This document shows, in pieces, positions 1 to 8,984 of a stretch of DNA of 42,198 bases. The position numbers were made by a program, and so were the translations under genes. Under the pieces are notes generated by a model. That model was not told the DNA's origin and did no database searches. It saw only the letters and a program-made list of their open reading frames with translations. Within the stretch, counting starts at the first letter, position 1. Every line of letters starts with the position of its first letter. The DNA is from Trichomonas gallinae (taxonomy: Eukaryota), in the NCBI GenBank assembly GCA_008369845.1, contig MRSU01003418.1:1-42198 (forward strand), written 5' to 3'.

Positions 1-2354
1 TCATTAGTAACTGGTGCTGTGGAACTGTCTGGCACCTGCATAACTGTTTCTTCGGCCATTTCAATGCATGTTTCACTTGAAGACTCATTACGATTCCTGC
101 CACTGAGATACCAAACGAGAATAGCGATAATGATAATCAAGATAAGGCCTCCTACTGCAGCGCCGATAATGATTGGGAGCATGTTCTTCTTTTCAGGCTT
201 ATATCCATCTTCTGGAGCAATAATTTCAACATTTTCAACGGCAATGGTGAATGTCACAGTAGGTATTTCAGTTACAATTTCGATTTTTGATCCGTCTTTA
301 TCATATTGAATAATTGTAGAATTGGTTTTAATATTAATTTCTTTCCATGTAGATATGGAAATTGTTGTCACTGGTCCGGTGTATTCAGGTGGTGGTCTTG
401 ATGGATTTATCCACCCTGGCATAAGGGAGCGTGTTGGACTAACAGTTCGCCCTGGTGTCGAATAAGGTGTACTGCTTGGTGTTGAAGAAGGTGTTGAACT
501 TGGTGTTGAAGAAGGTGTACTGCTTGGTGTTGAAGAAGGAGTTGACCTTGGTGTTGAAGAAGGTGTACTACTTGGTGTTGAAGAAGGTGTCGAACTTGGG
601 GTTGAGCTTGGTGTTCTGCTTGGTGTTGAAGAAGGTGTACTGCTTGGCGTTGAAGAAGGTGTTGAACTTGGTGTTCTGCTTGGTGTTGAAGAAGGTGTAC
701 TACTTGGTGTTGAAGAAGGTGTTGAACTTGGTGTTCTACTTGGTGTGGAAGAAGGTGTTGAACTTGGTGTTCTGCTTGGTGTTGAAGAAGGTGTTGAACT
801 TGGTGTTCTGCTTGGTGTTGAAGAAGGTGTTGAACTTGGTGTTGATGAAGGTGTTGAACTTGGTGTTCTGCTTGGTGTTGAAGAAGGTGTTGAACTTGGT
901 GTTGAAGAAGGTGTTGAACTTGGTGTTGATGAAGGTGTTGAAACTGGTGTAGTAGGGCTCGGGATTTTAGTGTTGAATGTATATGTTGTCTGTCTATGGA
1001 AAGAAAAACTCTTGGGGTCAAGTGTTGGACCGTAAGTCTTATAACTGCTTGACGTCCTTCGAGGCAATCGAGTAATAGGCGTTGCAACATATGTGAATGT
1101 TGTAGGTTCAGGAATTAAAGATGTTTGTCCATTTCCTGTATTAGATTCACTTGCATTTGAAAAGTTTATTGATTCCGAAATAATCTCTTGAATACCAGTT
1201 GCACAATCTTTTTGTGGATCGTTATTTCGAATGTAAACTTGTGCACCGTTAGCATTAGCAATTTGTTTGGTATAATATTGAGGAACTTTGTTATCGATAC
1301 CATCACTCTCTGAGATCCAATTGATATGTCCATCAACTAGAATGGTATGACCAGGACTTGGATTATTATTGTTGTTTGCTCTAGATTGTTCTTTCACTGC
1401 TCCATTACCTGCGAAACAGCATTTAGCAGTGGCAAGAATAAGTGGAGTTGTACTATCATCATCAGCAACATAGCAAATAGCACCTCCGCCGCGCGAACTT
1501 TGGAAAGGAGGCATTAAATCATGTAATATTGTTTTACTATTCAAATTATATTTATTACGCAAATTATTTGCTACGTAATCAAGTGTGTTTTTCGTAAATG
1601 TTGATTGATAAATTTTAATACCGCCGGTGTTGCATGCATAAATGCCGGCTCCGCAAAAAGCTGCCTTATTCTCATTGATAGTAGCCTTATCAATATATAC
1701 TTCTGTGACAAGGGAGAAGCAAATTGCACCGCCATATTCTGGACCTTTATTTAACTTGTAGGTTGAATCATAGTTGTAGAATTTCACACTTGGAGCGAGT
1801 ACTTTAGTATCAACATGGTCTTTATCGTATGCACCTTGAACATAAAGAGCGCCACCGAAGCGGTAAGCAGTATTGCTTTCGAAATATCCGTTTGATAACC
1901 AAACAGAAGATGCAAGGATGCATATCGCACCTCCTACAGTGGCCTGATTGTTTGTGAATTTGAATTGATTAGTTGCTGTCCCACCTTCTGTTTGAAAAGT
2001 GCAATATGATACAAACATGCCGCCTCCAGAACCAGTTGCGATTCCGGCACCAAATGCAAAGTTATTGCTAAATTCAACACCACCGTTGGCTAAATTAACA
2101 GTGATTGAAGACAAATAATATTCACGAGTACGTTTAGCTGTTGTTGAATTCGAGTCACCTTTTGTGAGTGTGACAGCTGCATTAATCTTGCCATCAAGAT
2201 ACTTGTCTTCATCATCATCTTCCTGGATTGTCTGGAAGGTTGGTTCCATGGCACTAGTATCCATTGAGAGGAATCTATTTACATCAATGTTTCCATACTC
2301 ATCGAATGGGATAGCATTTGAAATAGCAAAAGAAAAAGCGAAAAGAAAGAACAT
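1..2354 (-). CDS. Polymorphic membrane protein (Pmp)-like type I surface protein; 3' end runs off the window
   Basis: ATG at 2354 gives MFFLFAFSFAISNAIPF (signal-peptide-like). Repeated GGA(I/L) and FxxN motifs (FTNNQATVGGAICI, FESNTAYRFGGALYV), a TPSS stalk, a TM segment (MLPIIIGAAVGGLILIIIIAILVWYL, ~105-183) and an acidic tail (IEMAEETVMQVPDSSTAPVTN...). Start and tail are in the same frame and spot-checked segments had no stops; probably absent from the ORF track because it has no stop in the window. Confidence 0.9.
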   Translation of the reverse strand, partial: MFFLFAFSFAISNAIPFDEYGNIDVNRFLSMDTSAMEPTFQTIQEDDDEDKYLDGKINAAVTLTKGDSNSTTAKRTREYYLSSITVNLANGGVEFSNNFAFGAGIATGSGGGMFVSYCTFQTEGGTATNQFKFTNNQATVGGAICILASSVWLSNGYFESNTAYRFGGALYVQGAYDKDHVDTKVLAPSVKFYNYDSTYKLNKGPEYGGAICFSLVTEVYIDKATINENKAAFCGAGIYACNTGGIKIYQSTFTKNTLDYVANNLRNKYNLNSKTILHDLMPPFQSSRGGGAICYVADDDSTTPLILATAKCCFAGNGAVKEQSRANNNNNPSPGHTILVDGHINWISESDGIDNKVPQYYTKQIANANGAQVYIRNNDPQKDCATGIQEIISESINFSNASESNTGNGQTSLIPEPTTFTYVATPITRLPRRTSSSYKTYGPTLDPKSFSFHRQTTYTFNTKIPSPTTPVSTPSSTPSSTPSSTPSSTPSSTPSRTPSSTPSSTPSSTPSSTPSRTPSSTPSSTPSRTPSSTPSSTPSRTPSSTPSSTPSSTPSSTPSRTPSSTPSSTPSSTPSSTPSRTPSSTPSSTPSSTPSSTPSSTPRSTPSSTPSSTPSSTPSSTPSSTPSSTPYSTPGRTVSPTRSLMPGWINPSRPPPEYTGPVTTISISTWKEINIKTNSTIIQYDKDGSKIEIVTEIPTVTFTIAVENVEIIAPEDGYKPEKKNMLPIIIGAAVGGLILIIIIAILVWYLSGRNRNESSSETCIEMAEETVMQVPDSSTAPVTN
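466..950 (-). repeat. Coding minisatellite, ~40 x 12 nt, encoding a TPSS/TPSR mucin-like stalk
   Basis: Plus-strand units ggtgttgaagaa, ggtgttgaactt, ggtgttctgctt and ggtgtactgctt, partly arranged as a 36-nt higher-order unit. Confidence 0.95.
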
Positions 2355-2357
2355 TTA

Positions 2358-2381
2358 AAAGAAATTTTCATGTCAACCGTT
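2358..2381 (-). promoter_or_regulatory. M3 (Myb-type) core promoter element with an M5-like start element
   Basis: Minus strand reads AACGGTTG-ACATGAAAATT-TCTTTTAA-ATG, matching the T. vaginalis M3 consensus (RCGGTT) a short distance upstream of the Pmp ATG. Confidence 0.55.
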
Positions 2382-2815
2382 GGATTTCTTATCAAAATTA
2401 TCGCTAAAAAATAAGGTGAATTTTCATTAACATGTGCTTCAAAATCAAGTCTCGTCTATTTGGGATATTATTCAAAAATCGAATTAATATGAATCTACAT
2501 TTATATTTTATGAATTAAACGTTCTTTAAAAGAAAATTTATAAATTTTTAGCAACAATATTATATATGCAAATAATTAATATTGATGGAATAACATTCTG
2601 TGCAGTTATATGCATTCGAATCAAAGTATTTTTTAATTAAAAATTTGTTCGTGTATTATATCATTACATAAGTAATAACGTTGATTTATAACTTTTAATT
2701 TGAAATATGTCCTTTTGACAAAAATTTTAATATCGAAAAACCTACAAGAAAATCAAATTAATAAGTTTTAATTCTTTCATATTATTAGGGTGTATAGTAT
2801 ACTATTATGTTTACC

Positions 2816-2875
2816 CATTGGATTAGCTCAGTTCTAATCACCTACGATAATAGACTTCAACTGTTAATCCAGATG
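2816..2875. ncRNA. Candidate hairpin RNA C
   Basis: TGGATTA 2819-2825 pairs with TAATCCA 2865-2871; CAGTT 2829-2833 pairs with AACTG 2859-2863; there is also a short inner stem. Strand is ambiguous. Confidence 0.3.
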
Positions 2876-2951
2876 AAATTTTGACAAATGTCAGAAATTG
2901 TGTATTCTGATTTTAGTGCGCTGTCTTTTTTAGTTTAACATACTTCCTGCA

Positions 2952-3043
2952 ATGCTAAGGCGAGACCTCACAAGACGGAAATTACATATGCAATTCCGGC
3001 GATTTTTGATATGGAGTCCCGAGTGTATAACATTCCCTAGCAC
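2952..3043 (-). ncRNA. Candidate structured small RNA A (long irregular hairpin)
   Basis: On the minus strand: GUGCUAGGG/CCUUAGCAU (9 bp), CGGGACU/GGUCUCG (7 bp), and CGGAAUUGC-AUAU-GUAAUUUCCG. The G-U pairs become A-C mismatches on the plus strand. GC-enriched relative to the flanks. Confidence 0.5.
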
Positions 3044-3198
3044 TTTTTCTCAACTAGTGTTTCTTAATTTGACACGTAAAACATATTTACGAGTCAAAAA
3101 TGTGCTTATTGTCAGAAGCCATGAGTCACAGAGAATTTTGAACACTTTACATGTCAAATCTCGAGTGATAACAATTGTGCATTTCATTCTGATGCATG

Positions 3199-3282
3199 GA
3201 GTTGTGATGTAAGCTCGCAAAAAGTGGTCTCTAAGTTACACTGGGGGAACTCGTATTGAGCTTTCGGTAGAACTCGCTTTTT
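3199..3282 (+). ncRNA. Candidate structured small RNA B
   Basis: GAGUU 3199-3203 / AACUC 3271-3275; AAGCUCG 3211-3217 / UGAGCUU 3257-3263; apical UCUCU-A-AGU-UAC-ACU-G-GGGGA; followed by T5 at 3278-3282. Confidence 0.35.
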
Positions 3283-3360
3283 AGTTATAAGAGCTGTGAT
3301 ATTGAAATTCGCAATCTTTGTCAAAAAACTATCAGTGTCACTTTTCAAAATTTTACTAAA

Positions 3361-4518
3361 TTGACTGTTAATATTCAAGATCGTTTTATTCTCTTTAACA
3401 GAAACATAAAGAGAAGTCCCAAACTATTCTATAGAATTCTCAAATATATACTGAAGTTCATTGACTATTTTGGAGGATTCTATACTAACATTATAACAGG
3501 AATCTTCGTTTTAATCTACTGTATTCTCAATAAAATCATTCGTCGTTGCGACTTTAAACATTCACAACTCGAATTGAAGACATTCAGAAAGGCAGTTCTC
3601 CATTTTGTCGGAAATTACACTGCTAAATTTATTGTTCCTATTTTTAAGAAACTTGGTATACAACCAGAGGCAGCTTACTATGTTCTTTATTGGATCGATA
3701 TGTTTTTATCTACTGTTACCACATATCATCTTTTCAGTTCGATTTTCTATGTGATTAAAATGGCAATTGAGAATGATATCTTCTCTATGACGAGACAATC
3801 ATTTATTAACTTCATATCTTTTACTTCAAAAATGAACCAAGCACGAAAAGATTCTGATTCTCTGAAATCATTCACGAAAAACGTCAAAGAAATGAAAGGA
3901 GTCAAAGGTACAAAGGAACTTAAGAAAGGTTTCAAAAGCGCTTCAAAGAGTAAAGCAGTTTACAAAAAATCAATGAAAAATTTAATGAATGAAATTGATA
4001 TTATACAAGAATCACTCCAAGAAATCAAACAAATAATCATTCATGATATCCAAATGGAGCCTCTCAAATCACATTTTAGTATCATTATTTCTTCTTTAGG
4101 GAAATGCAGCACTCAGATTTTCAACATCATTGATGCCACGCATAAATCGTTTGTCATAATCAGTTCAAGGCTTTGGAAGTTTGTTCTTGCTAATGTCAAG
4201 CCAGAAATGCCAAAACACATCTCAAGAATATGGAAAAAGATGTATATCAGAGTTATTCGAAACATTAACTCGGATGTTATGAAAGATTATGCTGTTGATC
4301 AAGCACAAGACTTTATTTGGGCTGTTTTCCCGAAATCCCCTGATTTATCCCCTATGCAAGTTTGGTCTATCATTTTCATCAGTAAGAGAAGAAAATATGG
4401 ATTGAGAACGCATAAGTGTCCACATTGTGACAAAAATATTCCAAATGAATTTGAAGATTGCGATAAATATAGAAAATGGCTTGTTGACAATAATTACAAA
4501 GATATCCACTTCGATTAG
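3361..4518 (+). CDS. Hypothetical basic membrane protein with a C-terminal CPHC motif; start codon uncertain (TTG 3361 or ATG 3700)
   Basis: 385-codon open frame with hydrophobic segments (NIITGIFVLIYCIL; FLSTVTTYHLFSSIFYVI) and HKCPHC near the C-terminus. Confidence 0.7.
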   Translation: MTVNIQDRFILFNRNIKRSPKLFYRILKYILKFIDYFGGFYTNIITGIFVLIYCILNKIIRRCDFKHSQLELKTFRKAVLHFVGNYTAKFIVPIFKKLGIQPEAAYYVLYWIDMFLSTVTTYHLFSSIFYVIKMAIENDIFSMTRQSFINFISFTSKMNQARKDSDSLKSFTKNVKEMKGVKGTKELKKGFKSASKSKAVYKKSMKNLMNEIDIIQESLQEIKQIIIHDIQMEPLKSHFSIIISSLGKCSTQIFNIIDATHKSFVIISSRLWKFVLANVKPEMPKHISRIWKKMYIRVIRNINSDVMKDYAVDQAQDFIWAVFPKSPDLSPMQVWSIIFISKRRKYGLRTHKCPHCDKNIPNEFEDCDKYRKWLVDNNYKDIHFD

Positions 4519-5146
4519 CACGTATCTTTATCATATAAATGTTTGTTACAATTAATAAAAATATTAAATTTTAACCAAAATCTATCATACTCAATACAAA
4601 CAGAAATATTCTCTTACTAAAAGATTAAATCTAGATTGCTATATGAAAACAGCATAATGAATAAAGAATCAATTAATCAAAAATATTCTAATTAAACAAA
4701 CAATTAGTACTGCGGAATATATTCATATTGATCTAGATGACGACCTCCATGATTTCGTAACGATATTCTTTGTTCAGATCGCTTACATCATCAAATGAAG
4801 AATTTGGTTTAAAATTTGGTCGCCGAGCTCTGTGTGGATATAATTTATGCTTCAAAGAATCATCAACAATGGATTTTCTATATAAAGAAGCATAAAAATT
4901 TTCTGACTATCATTCATCTCAAATGTTGATCGCTTGCCAATATCAAATATATCGTTTTTGTCAAAAATTATTTTACATGTCAAATAATTAATGGATATGT
5001 TATGCAACCGAGGAAGTAAAGTTTGGGTAATTTTGTTCTGCACTCATGTATGATGCTACATACTCATTGGTACAGATTGCTGTTATGTATCTATCTTGGC
5101 ATATTATATAGATATCTCATTTGTGTTGTAGTTAGTTTAGATTTAA

Positions 5147-5389
5147 TTTACATGTTCGATATATTTTTATTTATTTATTTTTTTTTTGACAACAAAATTT
5201 ACATGACATGTTTATATTTATGATTTTGAAATCTTCTTTACATGTCAGATTTATTTACATGTCAAAATTACTATTAAAATATTTTCTAAATATTATTTAT
5301 ATGTCAGATATACTTTTTCGTGATTAGAAAAAATATTTACGTGTCAGTTGAAAGATGAATTATTTTGTAAACATTATTTACATGTCAGA
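5147..5389 (+). promoter_or_regulatory. Array of 7 co-oriented TTTACATGTCA-like motifs
   Basis: Copies start at 5147, 5198, 5237, 5254, 5296, 5336 and 5377, with non-repetitive spacers; ~180-430 nt upstream of the ATG at 5573. Confidence 0.7.
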
Positions 5390-5572
5390 TTTATTATTTC
5401 GTAAGGGAAAATTTTGAAAAAAGATCGTAACACGAAGAAGAGGCATCATGCATATTGGTTCAATATTCGATGAGCTATTTCTTAAAAATGGTAGATAACA
5501 AATTCGTTATTTTTGAAACAAAAGTGAAGTGTCAAAAAATAATTGAGTAAAAAATTGTAAATCAAAACAATA

Positions 5573-6031
5573 ATGTTTGAAGGACTCAAAATTCCGATTG
5601 CGGATGCCAAGAAGTACTACAAGAACGGCCAAATAATGGAGGCTCTTGATTGCTATGAGTTAGTCATAAAATCATGCTATACGGAAACAGATCCAGATGA
5701 TGCTTTTGTTGAAAATTTCTGTGAAGCTATTACAAACGTGATTATGATTTCAAAGAAAGTGGGATATAAAGGAAGCGATGAATGCCAAGCAATTATGGAT
5801 GAACTCCTTCAGAATCAAGCTGCTGCCCAAGTTTTAGACGATCCAGAGAAAAGAAAAGCAAAAACATTAAAGATTGCTATTCAGACAGCAGACCAGTTTG
5901 TCCTTCACATTGCTAAAATTAGAAATCTTTATACTGAAAAAGATTCAGACGTAACTTACTATGCTATTGGTGCTGCTACTGCCATTGGTGCGGCCTTCCT
6001 TGCATATCATTTCCTTGTAAGGAGGAAATAA
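5573..6031 (+). CDS. Small tail-anchored protein with an N-terminal TPR-like helix pair; possibly hydrogenosomal outer membrane
   Basis: AKKYYKNGQIMEALDCYELVI is TPR-like; the C-terminal TM YYAIGAATAIGAAFLAYHFLV is followed by the basic tail RRK. Confidence 0.8.
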   Translation: MFEGLKIPIADAKKYYKNGQIMEALDCYELVIKSCYTETDPDDAFVENFCEAITNVIMISKKVGYKGSDECQAIMDELLQNQAAAQVLDDPEKRKAKTLKIAIQTADQFVLHIAKIRNLYTEKDSDVTYYAIGAATAIGAAFLAYHFLVRRK

Positions 6032-6181
6032 GCTTTTATTAACGAATTATTTTTAATATTCTTATTTTTTTATCAAGCAATAATGAATAAAATTATTCAC
6101 GGACATTAAGTCAATATGACTTTTATTTCAAATAACATAAAACAATAATATTCAAACAAAATAATCGAAAAATATATGAAA

Positions 6182-7831
6182 TTAATGGGCTCCGAATGGC
6201 CGAACAATTCTATTTGGTGCAGATGAAGGCGCAACACAGCATGAATTTGCTCTTTGGCGAGGAGCTCTTTTAATATATCCTGAACATTGTCGAAGACCAA
6301 CAGGTCTTGGCGTACAAACGTTTGTAATTTCTGTTAATTTTTTGGAGAGGTCAATTGATTGGTCTATTTTTGCTGCTTCACGAGCAATGTAAACCCAATA
6401 CCTTAATTTTTTACAATCCGCATCGTCTATCCCTGTTTCATTGTTGAGGTTCGATCCAAATTTAGGATCCTTCTTGAGAAGAATTGATAAAACGAAATTC
6501 GCATTATTTCTAACTGTAGGAGACCAATGATTTTCTCTCGCATTGTATACATGAGAAGCGAATACTTGATTTATGAGTTTCAAGTTCTCGTTAATTATAC
6601 GATCAAAACCATGTGTTGTCCACATCTGAAAAGCAGCTTCTGCAACTCTATAACACTCTGAATCTGTCGAATCCGCAATAATATGAAGGATTCGCGTGAT
6701 TACTGGCTGAATTTCTTTGTTCGGCATTCTTGGGAAGCATTTCATGAGCAGATAGAGAAATGTCGACTGCTTGGCTAGCTTTGTATATGGCCAATGTCTC
6801 AATATTTGGTGGACAATACAAATAGAATTGCGAGAATCATCTTCCAAATATAAATCAACGAGAGAAACCATAACTTGATCGTAAAACGGTAGATTAATAT
6901 CACTCAACAAACGTACAACATAGAATCGATAGAATCTTTTGAAAGATGGAGGAATTTCTCCGAGATCTTTGATAATTTGAACAAAAGCTGTGAGTATTGT
7001 TAAAATCATGTACGGATTTGGCGTAGAATCTAAATAATTTTCAATAATATTAGCAAATTGTCTGACTAATGGGTCTATAAACTGTTGAAAATTTGCAACA
7101 TATTTTGTAATAAACAAAATTATTTGCTGTCTTTCGCGTCCATCTGCTGTTCCTGCTACAACTAATATGTTGGATAGAGTTTTAAAGTCGAAAAACGGAG
7201 CATTAGGGAATTCTAATAAAATTTTCAATAATATTGAATATGCGATGCTTATATGAGGCCATGATGGTTCTGTAAATGGGGAAACATCATAATTTTCGAG
7301 TGCTAGTGGATCTATTGTCGGTAATCTGCGTACGATATTTCTCATTACCATTTGATATAATCTTTCGAAGTTTTTGTCTGTTAATTTCGTAGATTGAGGT
7401 ATTGCGCCTAAAAATAAACGGTATAACTCATTAAGATATGTAGTTTTTCGTTCTATTGATTCTTTCTCTGCGATTTCATCGGCAAATGGACAAATTTTGC
7501 AACAAGCGTCAACCTTTTGTTCAAATATTTGCTGGAAAGATGATGATTCAACGTTTGGAAGGGCTGGAATATCATCAAACTGTACAGGATCTAAATTACG
7601 GAAAACATCCATCTTTAAAAGACTTGTCTGAGGTAATCTCATGTCAGCAATAGGCGAATCGAACAAGCTAAGATGGTTATCGCTCTCTTTTTTTGGTGTA
7701 TTTTCTTCTGTGTTGTTAGGAAGTGAAGGAGGAGGCACATTGAACTGCCCGGTGATGCGACGCACGGCTGGTGGATTGGATTTGAATAAGCTTAAGGATG
7801 TTTTCTTGTTAGAATACTGCCTATGTAGCAT
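6182..7831 (-). CDS. Protein phosphatase 2A regulatory subunit B' (B56) family
   Basis: FEQKVDACCKICPF, EPSWPHISIAY, D-G-RER, ILRHWP, YRVAEAAF-W, NHW motifs. First ATG at 7831 (the ORF track starts at an upstream TTG). Confidence 0.92.
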   Translation of the reverse strand: MLHRQYSNKKTSLSLFKSNPPAVRRITGQFNVPPPSLPNNTEENTPKKESDNHLSLFDSPIADMRLPQTSLLKMDVFRNLDPVQFDDIPALPNVESSSFQQIFEQKVDACCKICPFADEIAEKESIERKTTYLNELYRLFLGAIPQSTKLTDKNFERLYQMVMRNIVRRLPTIDPLALENYDVSPFTEPSWPHISIAYSILLKILLEFPNAPFFDFKTLSNILVVAGTADGRERQQIILFITKYVANFQQFIDPLVRQFANIIENYLDSTPNPYMILTILTAFVQIIKDLGEIPPSFKRFYRFYVVRLLSDINLPFYDQVMVSLVDLYLEDDSRNSICIVHQILRHWPYTKLAKQSTFLYLLMKCFPRMPNKEIQPVITRILHIIADSTDSECYRVAEAAFQMWTTHGFDRIINENLKLINQVFASHVYNARENHWSPTVRNNANFVLSILLKKDPKFGSNLNNETGIDDADCKKLRYWVYIAREAAKIDQSIDLSKKLTEITNVCTPRPVGLRQCSGYIKRAPRQRANSCCVAPSSAPNRIVRPFGAH

Positions 7832-8645
7832 TCTGCGTAAACTTTTCAAATTTTATTTACAATTTTCGATTTTGATTCCCATCTAACAAAGGTCAAAATT
7901 AAGTAAAAATTGTGAAACAATAAAATGTCAGTTTTTTCGAATTTCAAAAAATTGCTATTCATAAAAACTGACTTTTGGGCCACCTCGTAAATTCTTAGCT
8001 CGTTTCGTTTATAAAAATGATAATTTGAACCGATCTCTATTTGTAAAAATTTTCCAAACAATAAGGATATTTACATGACAAAATTTGTTGTTTACATATC
8101 AATTTATTTTTAACGCGTTATTTTTGATTACAATACTATGATGATTTATATTACGAAAGGTTGAAAATTTAAATTTTTAAAAAATATTTTAATATATTAT
8201 AAAATTTCAAATTTTTTTAAAGAATTTGAAAAATTTAAATCAACAAAACCCTTTTATTATTATGGATGGGGCTAAATCAAATCCATTTTCAAGATTTTAC
8301 CAATTTATTATTTTTCATTATAAATGTTTCACTGATTTTTACACGAAATTTGTCATTCAATGATATCTAGTAGATCAAAATGTTGCATCTGTGATATAAG
8401 TTACTATAACACAAACTGAATTCGTTTCTAATTGATAACTATCATGAACGTACTATGAATGCTCATTAGCCATCAGATATATGCTTTCCTCAAAGCACTA
8501 ACAAAGAAAATATTGCTATTGGAAAGTTGATAATATAAAAAAGAAAATACGACATAATGGACTAACAAATAAAATATAGAAGAATTTAGTTTGATACATT
8601 TAAATATATTATAGAGAAGTAATTAAATAATGAAACTGAATTTGC

Positions 8646-8984
8646 TTACTCGAAGTCATCAAATGGCATCTTCTGGCGGATGTTTGTAATTTCTGGGATT
8701 TCTTCCTGAACTGTGCCAAGAACGCCATTATAAAGTGTAGAATGCTTGCATCCGCAGGATTCGCAAGCGCCTTCGAGCTGAACAATCATGCAGCCGTTCT
8801 TGATATCGATAAGTTCGATATCTCCATGATCTTGCTTGATGAATGGGCGAACCTTTTCTTCGAGGATCTTGTTAACTCTGTGGAAAAGCTTATCAGCATC
8901 TGACTCAGCTTCTGGGGCTGTTGAGAAGGCGCGAACGAGGAACTTTCCGAATCCGAATGTCTTGTTTTGGACTGCTGCGAGCAT
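8646..8984 (-). CDS. nfu: Nfu (NifU C-terminal domain) Fe-S cluster carrier with a hydrogenosomal-type presequence
   Basis: VRPFIKQDHGDIEL...LEGACESC...TLYNGV matches NifU-C with its CxxC. The N-terminus MLAAVQ...VRAFST resembles an ML-type presequence. Inr-like TCACT/TCATT lies just upstream. Confidence 0.95.
   Translation of the reverse strand: MLAAVQNKTFGFGKFLVRAFSTAPEAESDADKLFHRVNKILEEKVRPFIKQDHGDIELIDIKNGCMIVQLEGACESCGCKHSTLYNGVLGTVQEEIPEITNIRQKMPFDDFE

Noticed and set aside
407..1090. Repetitive ORFs (QHLLQH, LVLKKV, EEGVELG frames)
   Set aside because: Alternative-frame shadows of the Pmp TPSS minisatellite.
3128..3140. ACAGAGA box suggesting U6
   Set aside because: Not followed by the AGC triad and internal stem-loop.
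4733..5043. Minus-strand protein-like fragment (YASLYRK...EVVI) and the 63-aa ORF
   Set aside because: No ATG in the plausible frame and no recognisable homology; at most a decayed fragment.
5147..5389. CRISPR-like repeat-spacer appearance
   Set aside because: Repeats are only ~11-13 nt, spacing is irregular (17-51 nt), there are no cas genes and the context is eukaryotic.
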